Shown: positions 44,567-54,730, counted from the first letter of the stretch. The stretch is DNA of 55,329 bases from a virus (IMGVR_UViG_3300012582_000006:1-55329); one strand, 5' to 3'. The notes: generated by a model from the sequence alone, not told the origin. Translations and numbers: made by a program.

Positions 44567-44998
44567 GTGCGACTACTCAATCCCAGTCCAGGTGAGATTC
44601 TGGATCGGTTGTCGATTCTGGAATTGAAGATCAATGCTGCAAAGAAAAAGAATGTTGATTCGACACACTTCGAAGCGGAGAAAGCTTCTTTGGATGAAGT
44701 ACTTCGTACGTGGCAGGCTGGTTTGCTGGAGGATTGTTGTGGGGACGAAGCTCGACACGATAAAAAACAGATACAAATTGCGGAACACAGAAATGCCTTG
44801 GCTGCGGTAAACGCTTTGTTGTGGAGAGCGGAAGATGAAGTTCGCGAAACGCCGGATACACAGGCGTTCAAGTTGGCGCGGCTTTGTAAGCATATCGTTA
44901 GCTTGAACGATTCCAGAGCGAAGCACGTGCTTGAGTTGAGTCGGTTGTATGGATTGGAGGATGAACCGGAGAAGCTATACTCAACAGTGGGGGCATAA
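44567..44998 (+). CDS. DUF6165-like protein
   Basis: SPGEILDRLSILELK...VNALLWRAEDEVR...LNDSR..EKLY. Confidence 0.65.
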   Translation: MRLLNPSPGEILDRLSILELKINAAKKKNVDSTHFEAEKASLDEVLRTWQAGLLEDCCGDEARHDKKQIQIAEHRNALAAVNALLWRAEDEVRETPDTQAFKLARLCKHIVSLNDSRAKHVLELSRLYGLEDEPEKLYSTVGA

Positions 44999-44999
44999 A

Positions 45000-45683
45000 A
45001 TGAAACTGGGCATCGTGTTGCCGAGCTATTTATATTCGACAGAGAGAAAGAAACTGGCATGGAACGCTTTTCAGTCGTTGGCGAGAACGGAATCGTTGCA
45101 ACAGGAAACTCGTTTATTGTTGCTGGCAAAAGACGGGCATGAAATTGACTACGCCGAGATGCTCGATGGACTGCGGACAAAGTTTAACGTCATCCTGAAG
45201 TCTGACGCTGGATTGGACGGTACCGAACAGACACTGGCATTCGGTACGACGTGGTTGTTCAACGACTTCGGTGTTGATTATGTAACGTGGATGGGGGATG
45301 ACTCGTTGTTCAATCCGTTGTGGTTGTGGAAGCTGGACGGCTTGATTAAAAGGCATCCAGAAGCAAAGAGTTGGTCCGTCTACAGATCCGCCTACGAATG
45401 GGTGCACAAGACGTTGGATGATTCTGGTGAAGATGTATTGGTGAGATCAATTTGTGGCCACGGCATGACGTTGTCAAGGCAGGAGTGGAGAGAATGGGGA
45501 GTAAAGTGGCAGCAGGGGGCTTGGTGTGCGCCGGATGGGGATACGTTGGATCTTTGTCACTTTTGTGAACGTCCTGGTGATCGTTGGGTAACAAAGCAGA
45601 GTTATGTGCAGCATACTGGGAAGGTCGGCGTACATTGCACGGAATTGACACCGGAATACGCAAGAGACTTTCAGATGGCATAG
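45000..45683 (+). CDS. GT-A (GT2-like) glycosyltransferase
   Basis: GIVLPSY..R, WMGDDSLFNP, SYVQHTG. Confidence 0.7.
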   Translation: MKLGIVLPSYLYSTERKKLAWNAFQSLARTESLQQETRLLLLAKDGHEIDYAEMLDGLRTKFNVILKSDAGLDGTEQTLAFGTTWLFNDFGVDYVTWMGDDSLFNPLWLWKLDGLIKRHPEAKSWSVYRSAYEWVHKTLDDSGEDVLVRSICGHGMTLSRQEWREWGVKWQQGAWCAPDGDTLDLCHFCERPGDRWVTKQSYVQHTGKVGVHCTELTPEYARDFQMA

Positions 45684-45690
45684 GAGAAGA

Positions 45691-47028
45691 ATGATGGCAA
45701 AGGTTACGGAGAGATTATCTTGTAGGGCTTGTGGTAAAGAGTTCTCCGGAAAGATCTTGCTGAACTTCGGTCCTCAGGCGATCGTTGACTTTCTTGATGA
45801 AGGAGAAGTTGGAAGGGGTAAGGCACCGTTGCAATTGGTTTATTGCGAAGGATGCGGATTGGTACAGCTAAAACACACCGTGGATGCGGATACGTTGTAT
45901 AGAAAATTCTGGTATCGTTCCAGTGTGAACGAACAGATGCGAGATGCGCTGGCGAATGTGGTTGACTCGGCAATCAATCGGGCACATCTGGTGGCAGGAG
46001 ACGCGGTCTGCGATATCGGTTCAAACGATGGAGAGTTGCTTATGAATTATCCATCGAAGGGTATATTCAAGGTCGGTTTTGAACCTGCGGTTGATTTGGC
46101 AGAGGAGTCTGCGGGTAGATTTCGTGTTAGACAAGATGAGAACTTCGAGATCTTGCCAAAGTATTTCAATGCTGTAGAGGCTCTCTCGACTTCCAAGAGG
46201 GTTCGCTACAAGATCATTACGGCGATCGCGATGTTCTACGATCTGGATCATCCACTGGATTTTTTGCGTGACGTAAAAGCTTGTCTGTCGCCAGGTGGTG
46301 TCTTCATTTTGCAGATGAACTATCTCGGGCTGATGGTGAAGAACCTGGCTTTCGATAACATCAGTCACGAGCATTTGTGTTACTACTCGTTGTCAACGTT
46401 GAAACCGATGCTTGAAAAAGTCGGATTGGGAATATTCGATGTGAGTCTGAACGACGTAAACAGCGGTAGTATAAGAATCTATGCGGCGCATAAGAACGAG
46501 GCTTTAGCGGTGGAAGAGCCTTCGATGCAAGAGTTGTTGGCAACAGAATCGTCCCAGCTTTCAGAGCAGTCGATAGTGAACTTCGCGGAGCGGGTTGATG
46601 GGATGACCAAAGTCTTGCTTAGTTTTCTAAAGGAATTGAAGCGGGCCGGTAAAAAGGTATACGCCTATGGCGCTTCGACAAGAGGAATGACGTTGCTTCA
46701 GTCTCTGTTCAAAGAGGAACGGGCATCGGATTATCTGATCGCCGCCGCGGAAAGAGATCCGAGAAAGTACGGGAAGAGAATGGCTGGTTTGGATATACCA
46801 ATCATTCCAGAGGAACAAGCGCGGATGTATGCGGAGTATTTTCTTTTGTGTCCGTATCATTTTTGGAAATCGATAAGGGAGCGGGAAAAGTTTTGGATGA
46901 CATGCGGAGGGAAGTTTATCATTCCGTTGCCCTATCCGAAGGTGATTAGTTGTATGGGTGAAGATTCAATGGGTTTGATTCCGACTGCCAGGGATTTGGC
47001 CGAAGAATTGGATGCGATACGGGCATGA
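45691..47028 (+). CDS. NDP-sugar C-methyltransferase (TcaB9/NovU-like)
   Basis: CRACG...CEGCGLVQL zinc site, YRSS, DIGSNDG, FDNISHEHLCYYS, YGASTRG. Confidence 0.88.
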   Translation: MMAKVTERLSCRACGKEFSGKILLNFGPQAIVDFLDEGEVGRGKAPLQLVYCEGCGLVQLKHTVDADTLYRKFWYRSSVNEQMRDALANVVDSAINRAHLVAGDAVCDIGSNDGELLMNYPSKGIFKVGFEPAVDLAEESAGRFRVRQDENFEILPKYFNAVEALSTSKRVRYKIITAIAMFYDLDHPLDFLRDVKACLSPGGVFILQMNYLGLMVKNLAFDNISHEHLCYYSLSTLKPMLEKVGLGIFDVSLNDVNSGSIRIYAAHKNEALAVEEPSMQELLATESSQLSEQSIVNFAERVDGMTKVLLSFLKELKRAGKKVYAYGASTRGMTLLQSLFKEERASDYLIAAAERDPRKYGKRMAGLDIPIIPEEQARMYAEYFLLCPYHFWKSIREREKFWMTCGGKFIIPLPYPKVISCMGEDSMGLIPTARDLAEELDAIRA

Positions 47029-47202
47029 GTAGAAAAGTCATCATGCGGTTTGTCGGGAACAGACAAGAGCCTGAGCCTGAGTTGATGGAAGAGAACAAAT
47101 TTGTTCAGCTGCCCTCGTTAGGAAAGGAGTTAGAGGAGGATTGGAAGGAGTGGATGAAGAGAGTTGTGTCAAAGACTTTTGCTATTTCGAGGAGAGATTA
47201 GT

Positions 47203-48141
47203 ATGAAGAAAGCAATTGTCTTCGGGGCAAGCGGACAGATGGGTCAGTACCTGGTCGAGTTTTTGAAATCGAAACAGTACGAAGTGGCTCGGCCGACCGG
47301 TCGTGATTTCGACTTCGAAGAGCTTAGTCCTCTTTTGTTGATGAATCTTTTCCGTGAAGAGCAGCCGGATGAGATTTACAATATGGTCGGATTAAACTAT
47401 GCACCGGATTCATGGCATCTGCCGGGGAAATATTTGACGGTGAATGGTTTGGCAGTACAGAAGCTTCTTGGTCAGTTGAGGCTTTCAGCTCCACAAGCAA
47501 AGTTCTTTCAGGCTGGTTCTGCTGAAGTGTTTGAAAAGGCTTCGGTGATGCAGTCTGAAGATACAAATAAATTGCCAGAGAATCCATACGGGCTGTCAAA
47601 AATGATGGCAATGGATTTGGTTCGAATCTACAGAGAGCGGTATGGGTTGTTTGCCTGTACTGGAATATTTTTTAATGCCGAGTCTCCGAGGCGGGACAAG
47701 TTCTTTTTCTCGATGAAGGTTGCGAGCGAAGCGGCGCGGATAAGGAAGGAACAGTTGGAGTCCGGAAAGTGGGAGCCGATGAAGCTTGGTAATCTTGATG
47801 CCAGAAGGGATTGGGGATGGGCTCCGGAATATGTTGAAGTGGCTTGGATGATGCTTCAACAAGAGGAACCAATGGATTTTGTAATCGGGACTGGAGAGTC
47901 ACATACTTGTTTGGAATTTGTGATGGAGGCTTTATCGGTTGCCGGTTGTCCGGATGTGAAGAAAGATTTCGACAAGTACGTGACTTATGAGAAGGCGGAG
48001 AGAAAAACACAAGAGAGAAATTGTATGCAGGCGGTGCCGTTGAAAGCTGAGAAGACCCTTGGTTGGAAAGCTCGGTACAAGTTTGTAAACGTGGTTCACA
48101 TGTTGGTGGAAGCGGAAATGAAAGTTGGGGTTGTTGTGTGA
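47203..48141 (+). CDS. GDP-mannose 4,6-dehydratase-like SDR (divergent copy)
   Basis: GASGQMG, QAGSAEVF, PYGLSK, FNAESPRR, LGNLDARRDWG. Confidence 0.8.
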   Translation: MKKAIVFGASGQMGQYLVEFLKSKQYEVARPTGRDFDFEELSPLLLMNLFREEQPDEIYNMVGLNYAPDSWHLPGKYLTVNGLAVQKLLGQLRLSAPQAKFFQAGSAEVFEKASVMQSEDTNKLPENPYGLSKMMAMDLVRIYRERYGLFACTGIFFNAESPRRDKFFFSMKVASEAARIRKEQLESGKWEPMKLGNLDARRDWGWAPEYVEVAWMMLQQEEPMDFVIGTGESHTCLEFVMEALSVAGCPDVKKDFDKYVTYEKAERKTQERNCMQAVPLKAEKTLGWKARYKFVNVVHMLVEAEMKVGVVV

Positions 48142-48195
48142 AAGGTGGCCTTGGTTACAAATTGGGGAGACAGGCAATGAGAATGGAGACAAAAG

Positions 48196-49632
48196 TTGAC
48201 AAAAGTTTTGCTGTTGGATAGTCCGAGCTGGCGACTTTTCAATCCTCGATTGCATTGTCATCTTGGGATTCTATATCTGGCTGGTTCATTGAGGGCGGCA
48301 GGTCACGATGTGAAGGTTTTAGATTGTCATCGGGTGACGACGTGGGATGGGAAAAATCTTGGAATCAGAAAAGAACTTCTCGAGCCGTGTGATGTACTGG
48401 GCCTTTCTGCAACTACTGCCAACGTCAAGTGGGGACAGGAATTGGCTGCGGCGTGGCCTGCAAAAATTAAAGTGTTGGGCGGTACGCATGTTACTCATAT
48501 CATGGAAGGTCCCCACGAACGTTTCAAGCAACGGAAGTATTTCGAACCCTTCGACTTTGTCATGTATGGAGAATGTGAAGAATCGTTTGTGGAGTTCGTG
48601 TCCGTTTGTGGACGAGGTGATAGTCCAAAGACAAGCTTCATACCTGGTCTCGTTTGGTGGGACGATTTCGGAACGCATAAAATACCTACGGGACCTTTAC
48701 CTGATGTCACCAGAATCGCTGGACCGGCTTTCGACTTATGGGAAGCTGGATTTGAAAAAGGAGCCTTGAGTTCGACGTCTGCAAAAGGGAAGGAACTGGA
48801 TGCGAGTAATCTGATGACCGCCTCGTTGTATACGGCGAGGGGTTGTCCGTATGGTTGTACATTCTGTGCGGATGCGAGGACTAAACTACGTGAAGAGACC
48901 ATTGGCCAGATCGAGAAGGAAGTTGCCACTTTGTCAGCGCTGGGCGTACAGGCCATCAGAATTCAGGACGATACCTTTACCATCCGAGAAGAAAGATGTA
49001 GGCAGATATCCGATGTTTTGCATTCCTATGGAATGCGTTGGCGGGCTTGTACGAGAGTCAACCTTAGAAATCCAGACCTCTTCCGGTACATGGCGGACCG
49101 TGGTTGTACGGAACTTGGTTTCGGAATCGAGCACGGAAGTAGGAGAATGCTGAAGGCGATGAACAAGGGTACGACACCGGAGGCAAATGAAATCGGTGTA
49201 AAGATGTGTCAGGATGCGGGGATGTTTGCAAGAGCTTTCCTCATGATCGGTTTTCCCGGCGAGACCGAAGAATCGATTCAGGAGTTAGAGGAATGGATAT
49301 TAAGGGTAAGACCAAGCGCGGTAACATTGAGCTTGTTTCAACCATTTCCGGGATCAGACGTGTGGAACCATCCGGAACGCTACTCTGTCGGGATTCAAGA
49401 GGACGATTTCGAAAAATTTTGGCAATTGGGTGGCGACGACGACGAGAAGATGATGGTCCTGGAGCTACCTACTATCTCGCGGAGTCGGTTGTTCTTTCAC
49501 CGCCAGCGACTGATCAGACTTTTCGAAGAGGAGATCGGAAAGTTGGATCGGACTCAGGTACACGGAAACATCGGAACATTCGGACCGGCGGTTCTAGATT
49601 TAGGATTGCAGGGTGAAGGGTGTGCGGTTTGA
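48196..49632 (+). CDS. cobalamin-binding radical SAM protein (class B methylase-like)
   Basis: HLGILYLAG, VLGGTH, YGECE (B12 domain); RGCPYGCTFC; GIEHGS; FLMIGFPGET; PFPGS. Confidence 0.9.
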   Translation: MTKVLLLDSPSWRLFNPRLHCHLGILYLAGSLRAAGHDVKVLDCHRVTTWDGKNLGIRKELLEPCDVLGLSATTANVKWGQELAAAWPAKIKVLGGTHVTHIMEGPHERFKQRKYFEPFDFVMYGECEESFVEFVSVCGRGDSPKTSFIPGLVWWDDFGTHKIPTGPLPDVTRIAGPAFDLWEAGFEKGALSSTSAKGKELDASNLMTASLYTARGCPYGCTFCADARTKLREETIGQIEKEVATLSALGVQAIRIQDDTFTIREERCRQISDVLHSYGMRWRACTRVNLRNPDLFRYMADRGCTELGFGIEHGSRRMLKAMNKGTTPEANEIGVKMCQDAGMFARAFLMIGFPGETEESIQELEEWILRVRPSAVTLSLFQPFPGSDVWNHPERYSVGIQEDDFEKFWQLGGDDDEKMMVLELPTISRSRLFFHRQRLIRLFEEEIGKLDRTQVHGNIGTFGPAVLDLGLQGEGCAV

Positions 49633-50600
49633 AAGTCGGGCTGATATCAAATTGGGATCTTCGCTGCGGAAATGCTCAGTATGCTAGAGACCTGGTTACG
49701 GAGCTGGAAAAAGAATTTGTTGTCATGGGACTAGCTCCTTTATTGAGTCAGGTCCGGCAGACGAATATAGATGATGTGGATGTGGTTATCGTGAACTGGC
49801 ATCCGTCTCGGGTTACGGTGACAGAACAAGATATGAGGTGGTTGAAGGAGTGCGGAAAGAAGACAATTCTGATTTTACAGAACTCCTTTCGGGAGCCTCC
49901 GGTGATCGAAGAAGGTAATATGCTGTTGGTGGTGGATATGGTGGTGGCTCACGAAGAGATGACGTTTGTTGGCCAGCAACCAAACTTTCGATGTATTCAG
50001 CATGGGATACCGGAGATAGAAGATCTTCCGGCTCCTTATGAAGACAGGTGGATCGGAACGGCTGGGTTTGCATTTCCTTGGAAGAGATTTGACGTGGTTG
50101 CGGAGGTGGCAAAGAAGTTCAATGCTCGTTGTCGAATCATCTCTTCACAGTCGGATCAGATGGGTACGGACGATTTCTTGAAAGGGATAGCTGGTCACCT
50201 TGGATCACTTGTTGACATGCATAAGGATTGGTATACGGTGCAGGAAGTGGTGCGGATGCTAGCGGAATGTACATTGAATATCTTTTGGTTCAATTCATAC
50301 AGTCCTGAAGATCAGTTGGGACAATCGGGATCGGTTCGGTTAGGCTTAGCGGCAAGGAGACCGACGATCATTTCCACACACAAGAAATTTCGTACGTTGT
50401 TGCCTTATGGAGATGAGTTGTATGTCTGTTTGAGGGAAGAAGATGTATACTTAGCGGTAGAAGAGATATTGTCTTCGCCTGAGAAAGCGAAGAAGCCAAA
50501 GAGGCTGTTGGAAGGGTTGGGTTGGTCGAAGACTGGCGCACAGTATAGGGAATTGGTCAGAGAAGTTTGTAAAGTAGAGACAAAAGGAGAAGTAGTATGA
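49620..50600 (+). CDS. GT-B (GT4-like) glycosyltransferase
   Basis: RCGNAQYARDL, IQHGIP, GFAFPWK, QSGSVRLGLAARRP. Confidence 0.75.
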   Translation: MCGLKVGLISNWDLRCGNAQYARDLVTELEKEFVVMGLAPLLSQVRQTNIDDVDVVIVNWHPSRVTVTEQDMRWLKECGKKTILILQNSFREPPVIEEGNMLLVVDMVVAHEEMTFVGQQPNFRCIQHGIPEIEDLPAPYEDRWIGTAGFAFPWKRFDVVAEVAKKFNARCRIISSQSDQMGTDDFLKGIAGHLGSLVDMHKDWYTVQEVVRMLAECTLNIFWFNSYSPEDQLGQSGSVRLGLAARRPTIISTHKKFRTLLPYGDELYVCLREEDVYLAVEEILSSPEKAKKPKRLLEGLGWSKTGAQYRELVREVCKVETKGEVV

Positions 50601-51100
50601 AAAAGTCGTACGTGGTTTTGCTTGGATTGCTGTTGATGTTCGCCGGATTGGTGTGGTCACAGACCTCGGCTCCTCCGACGTTAGCAACATCAGAAGTTAG
50701 CATGGATACTGGAAATGGTTTCGGTTCAACGGGTCTCTATGCCAGAAGATTTTCGAATGTGGATGTAAACGTTGGTAGCGATATTACTCTAACGCAAAGT
50801 GCTACAAACGGCGATTCATTTACAATCAACACGAACGGAATCTACGCGATTAGCTATACGAATTATTCGGCGAATGGTGATACGTCTATCATTTCTCTGA
50901 ACTCAAGTGGGGCAACAACAACGAATAGTCTAACGGTGGCGAATCGTCTTTGCGCATTTTCTATGAGTGCTGGTCAGCTGCACAGTTGTTCAATCACTTT
51001 GGGACTTTCTTCTGGAGACGTAATTCGGGCTCACAGTTCGACGGCGGGACAGACGGATGGAAATGATTATGTGCGCTTTGTGATTACAAGAGTGCGCTGA
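50597..51100 (+). CDS. signal-peptide protein with C1q/TNF-like beta domain
   Basis: N-terminal signal; FTINTNGIYAIS...LSSGDVIR...FVITR. Confidence 0.5.
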   Translation: MKKSYVVLLGLLLMFAGLVWSQTSAPPTLATSEVSMDTGNGFGSTGLYARRFSNVDVNVGSDITLTQSATNGDSFTINTNGIYAISYTNYSANGDTSIISLNSSGATTTNSLTVANRLCAFSMSAGQLHSCSITLGLSSGDVIRAHSSTAGQTDGNDYVRFVITRVR

Positions 51101-51102
51101 AG

Positions 51103-51816
51103 ATGAACATTCTAGAAGGCAGTGGCAGTCACGGAAAGTATCATTTTTGGGATGGGGATTGGTTAGGTGCGAAGACGGCGTCCGGAGAGATTCTGGATTC
51201 GTATTTGCTTCCTTGGATGGACACTTTGACTTCAGGTCAGATAATGGTTGATGTGGGGGCGCATATCGGTACGTTTACCATTCGTCTGGCATTAAGAGGT
51301 GTTAAGGTAAAGGCTTTTGAAGCAAGTCCGGAAGTGTTTGAGCTTTTGAGAATGAATGTGAAAGAAAACGGAGTGACCAATTTAGTAACGACGTATAACG
51401 TGGCGCTCTATGACAAAGAGATTGATTTGAAAGTTAGTCCAGATTGTGCCTATGAGAAGTTGGCGAATGGGAAACTGGATTATGCATCGAGAGATTGTTC
51501 GGGTTGGCTTTGGTTAGAGCCTGGAAAAGATGTTTACGAGTTTAGAGCAAAGGCCTTGGATTCTTTTGCTTTTGAAGATGTGGCTCTTATTAAAGTGGAT
51601 GCAGAAGGCTGTGATCTAAGAGTTCTTGAAGGAGCTAGGAAAACGATAGAATCGTATCGTCCGGTACTTTGCTATGAGTTCAATATGAGACCGGCGCGCT
51701 CGAATGGTTATGGAGTAGAGGATCTGAATGACTTTGTACGAGGTCTTGGCTACAAGGTAATTACGGTCGCTGATCACAGTATAGAAAATAAAGATTTCGT
51801 TGGAGTACCGAAGTGA
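51103..51816 (+). CDS. FkbM-family methyltransferase
   Basis: VDVGAHIG, AFEAS, LIKVDAEG.DLRVLEGA. Confidence 0.88.
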   Translation: MNILEGSGSHGKYHFWDGDWLGAKTASGEILDSYLLPWMDTLTSGQIMVDVGAHIGTFTIRLALRGVKVKAFEASPEVFELLRMNVKENGVTNLVTTYNVALYDKEIDLKVSPDCAYEKLANGKLDYASRDCSGWLWLEPGKDVYEFRAKALDSFAFEDVALIKVDAEGCDLRVLEGARKTIESYRPVLCYEFNMRPARSNGYGVEDLNDFVRGLGYKVITVADHSIENKDFVGVPK

Positions 51817-52547
51817 TTTTGTCGCGAACGATGCATGAAGCTGATTACACAGAGTTGAAAGACGAAGGCGAAATCTTGTTAGAAGTGCAACGTCAGATTC
51901 AAATGTGGTATCCTCCTCAACATAAGCACAGAGTTTGGGAGTATACATTGGCGCAAAAGGTTTTGAAAGCTGTGTACGGTGATGTCGTAGGACTACACGT
52001 AACTGACGTTGGCTGCGCTGGCAGTTTTCTGTCTCCGATTCTCTCTTGGCTTGGCCATACAGTTTTGATGTATGAGATCTGGCAGTTTGGAGATTTATAC
52101 GAGTACACGGTAGAGCAGATGCGTCGGGTTCGAATGAAGAAGAATGGGAAGGCTGGCGTTTATGAGTTTCGGAATAAAGGAATGGGTAGTTTTACTGACG
52201 CGGATCGGGGGATGGACGCGGCCTTTTGTATATCGACGTTGGAGCACATTGGAGAGTATCAAAAGGCTTTTCGGGATTTACTGAGTACGGTTCGGCCGGG
52301 TGGCTTGGTTTTCATGACGACCGACTTTGCTGAAGACGAAACGGACCACTATCAGTATTCGTATTTGAGGGCCGGGAAGATGTTCAACAAGTCAACGTAC
52401 TTGGAGTTGTCGAATATAGCTCACGGTGATGGGTTTGAATTTTTGGGTGGGGTTGGTGAGTACGATTGGGACTGGGACGATAGTTGCAGATTGGTAAACG
52501 ACTACGGTTTCGCTTCACTCGCAATGGTAAAAAGGAGAGAAGGATGA
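51813..52547 (+). CDS. class I SAM methyltransferase
   Basis: RVWEY, DVGCAGS, CISTLEHI, VRPGG. Confidence 0.8.
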   Translation: MILSRTMHEADYTELKDEGEILLEVQRQIQMWYPPQHKHRVWEYTLAQKVLKAVYGDVVGLHVTDVGCAGSFLSPILSWLGHTVLMYEIWQFGDLYEYTVEQMRRVRMKKNGKAGVYEFRNKGMGSFTDADRGMDAAFCISTLEHIGEYQKAFRDLLSTVRPGGLVFMTTDFAEDETDHYQYSYLRAGKMFNKSTYLELSNIAHGDGFEFLGGVGEYDWDWDDSCRLVNDYGFASLAMVKRREG

Positions 52548-53548
52548 AGACAGCACTTGTAACCGGTAGCCTCGGACAGGACGGAACTTATCTGACGGAG
52601 CATCTGTTGGAGTTGGGATACAAGGTGTTCTGTGGAATCAGGAGGGATCCTAGATCGGCGCAGACGATCGAGAAGGCAACTTGGGCACAGAAAATTATGG
52701 AAACGGGAAACGTGGAGTTTGTCTATCTCGATATGCGTGACGAACTTAGTATCAGAACGGCGATAAGAAAGTCGTGGCCTGATGAGATCTACAATCTGGC
52801 GGGGCAGGTGTATGTACCGCTGTCGTGGGAGATGCCGGAAGAGACCTTCGATGTGAATACGGGTGGCTTGGCGAGAATTCTAAAAGTGGTGGAGTATTTG
52901 AAGAAGGATACGAAAGTCTATCAAGCCTCCAGTTCGGAGATGTTTGGAAATCAAGAAGGCGCTTGTACGGTGGAGACACAGATGAGGCCGACCTCTCCGT
53001 ACGGAGTTTCAAAGTTTGCGGCTCACAAGTTGGTTTCGCTGTACCGGGACAAAGGAATTTTCGCGGTGGGTGGGATTCTTTTCAATCATGAAAGTCCTCG
53101 CAGAGGACATGAAATGGTTACCAGAAAGATCGCAAAGCATGTGGCTGCTTGGGCGACGGGTTCGTCACATAATTTGTACATGGGCCATTTGAACTCCAGA
53201 CGGGATTGGGGATTTGCTGGGGAATATGTGAAGGCGATGCATTTGATGCTGCAGCGTGAGGTGCCGATGGATTACGTTGTCGGTACGGGGGAATCGCATT
53301 CCGTTGCTGACTTTCTGGAGGCTGCCAGGATTGAAATGGGTCTATCAAAAGACTTTGTTGACGCGCATACTTGTCTTGACGAAAGGTTCGTTAGGACACA
53401 GGAAATTTTTGACATGAGGGCCGACAATACCGAGTTGTTACAGGAACTCTTTTGGGTTCCTCAAGTGAAATTTACGGGGTTGGTTAGTTTGATGGTGCGG
53501 GCAGAGTACGAGAAGTTGAAAGGGAAAGAAGAGGTGGCACGGGCATGA
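52544..53548 (+). CDS. gmd: GDP-mannose 4,6-dehydratase
   Basis: VTGSLGQDGTYL, YQASSSEMFG, PYGVSK, GILFNHESPRRG, RDWG. Confidence 0.92.
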   Translation: MKTALVTGSLGQDGTYLTEHLLELGYKVFCGIRRDPRSAQTIEKATWAQKIMETGNVEFVYLDMRDELSIRTAIRKSWPDEIYNLAGQVYVPLSWEMPEETFDVNTGGLARILKVVEYLKKDTKVYQASSSEMFGNQEGACTVETQMRPTSPYGVSKFAAHKLVSLYRDKGIFAVGGILFNHESPRRGHEMVTRKIAKHVAAWATGSSHNLYMGHLNSRRDWGFAGEYVKAMHLMLQREVPMDYVVGTGESHSVADFLEAARIEMGLSKDFVDAHTCLDERFVRTQEIFDMRADNTELLQELFWVPQVKFTGLVSLMVRAEYEKLKGKEEVARA

Positions 53549-53715
53549 GCAAAGATATTCTACAGCCGGTAAACACGACGCAGTCAACGTCGCCTTCGAT
53601 CAGAAGGGCGGCAGAGGAACCAAAGAACTGGAGGGCGTTGGGAGAAACGGATGTGAAGAAAGTGATACAAGACGCACCGACGAAGAATCCGGTTTCCCCG
53701 GAAACAAACAAATGA
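53545..53715 (+). CDS. small disordered protein (56 aa, not in ORF track)
   Basis: ATGA overlaps on both sides; MSKDILQPVN...NPVSPETNK. Confidence 0.5.
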   Translation: MSKDILQPVNTTQSTSPSIRRAAEEPKNWRALGETDVKKVIQDAPTKNPVSPETNK

Positions 53716-54302
53716 ATCTGTCGAACACAATCAAGTTGCAAACACTTGGTGCGAGTGCTGCGGGGGCTCAAGCGACGGTTCCAGATTCTCGTTCCAGTGA
53801 CGAATGGATTAAGAACTGGCTCGACAAAAAGAACAAAAGACTGAACGATCTAAGGAAGGAGTTACATAGTTTGCTAGACTTTCCCCAGCCAGTAGAAATT
53901 GATGGGGCCTATCGTGAAGACAAAAAATCCATTTTCGAACAAATGCCGGGAAGGGTTGCCGGGCACGGTCGTTGGGCTGTGGTATCACCGGAAGGGGAGA
54001 TTATTTCTCGTTGGGCGACAAAAGCTGAAGCAGATGCTGCGGCGTGGCCCGCCTACAAAGGGATCAAGCCATCGGCGACGGGAGCCTCGGGAGGAGCAAG
54101 AGTAAAGAAGTTAGCTGCTGCTGATATTTTTCAGGATGAAGAGCTTGGTAATAGAACGAGAGCGAGATTTTTGAAACATCCAAAGCCAAGGGTTGTCAAG
54201 GATGCGGATATACTGAGGATGGGAGATCGGAGACCTAGTAGTCACGGTCAGGGGGCTGCTGGTGCCGGAGGTACCGGTGGTCCAGGTGGAGCTGGAATTT
54301 AA
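53712..54302 (+). CDS. hypothetical protein with Gly/Ala linkers (putative internal head protein)
   Basis: MNLSNTIKLQTLGAS start resembles MNLQTTISVYSGG of 55028. Confidence 0.55.
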   Translation: MNLSNTIKLQTLGASAAGAQATVPDSRSSDEWIKNWLDKKNKRLNDLRKELHSLLDFPQPVEIDGAYREDKKSIFEQMPGRVAGHGRWAVVSPEGEIISRWATKAEADAAAWPAYKGIKPSATGASGGARVKKLAAADIFQDEELGNRTRARFLKHPKPRVVKDADILRMGDRRPSSHGQGAAGAGGTGGPGGAGI

Positions 54303-54317
54303 CAAAGGAGAATCAAG

Positions 54318-54521
54318 ATGAGCTTTCATGTTGCGCCGTTGATCAGGGAGCAAGAAATTGCCAGGGTCGGGTTGGGATTGTTGCAGAACCTTGACTCGGT
54401 TGGCTATACGGTAACGAAGGCGCAGGAAACCGCAGGGACCAGACCGACGCCTTCGGTGACTGCCGCTGGTGGAATCGGGGCCTTCTGGTTCGCGAACCAG
54501 AAAACAAATCCGTCGTTGTAA
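54318..54521 (+). CDS. hypothetical protein
   Basis: AAGGAG RBS. Confidence 0.55.
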   Translation: MSFHVAPLIREQEIARVGLGLLQNLDSVGYTVTKAQETAGTRPTPSVTAAGGIGAFWFANQKTNPSL

Positions 54522-54532
54522 AGGAGAGGATC

Positions 54533-54730
54533 ATGGGAGAGCCAAAAAAGTTGGTTGATCTGAAAAAGCCCGGTCCTACGACTGCCAAAGGAATACAAGA
54601 TATAGCTCTCGGTTGCTGGTCCATGTTCGGGGATCACGAGAGAACGAGCGTACCGAAGAAGATAGCGGAGCAGCCCCGCTTGAATCCTGTTGATCCAAAG
54701 ACGATGAAGTCCGGAGGGGAGCTGAGCTGA
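54533..54730 (+). CDS. hypothetical protein
   Basis: AGGAG RBS. Confidence 0.55.
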   Translation: MGEPKKLVDLKKPGPTTAKGIQDIALGCWSMFGDHERTSVPKKIAEQPRLNPVDPKTMKSGGELS

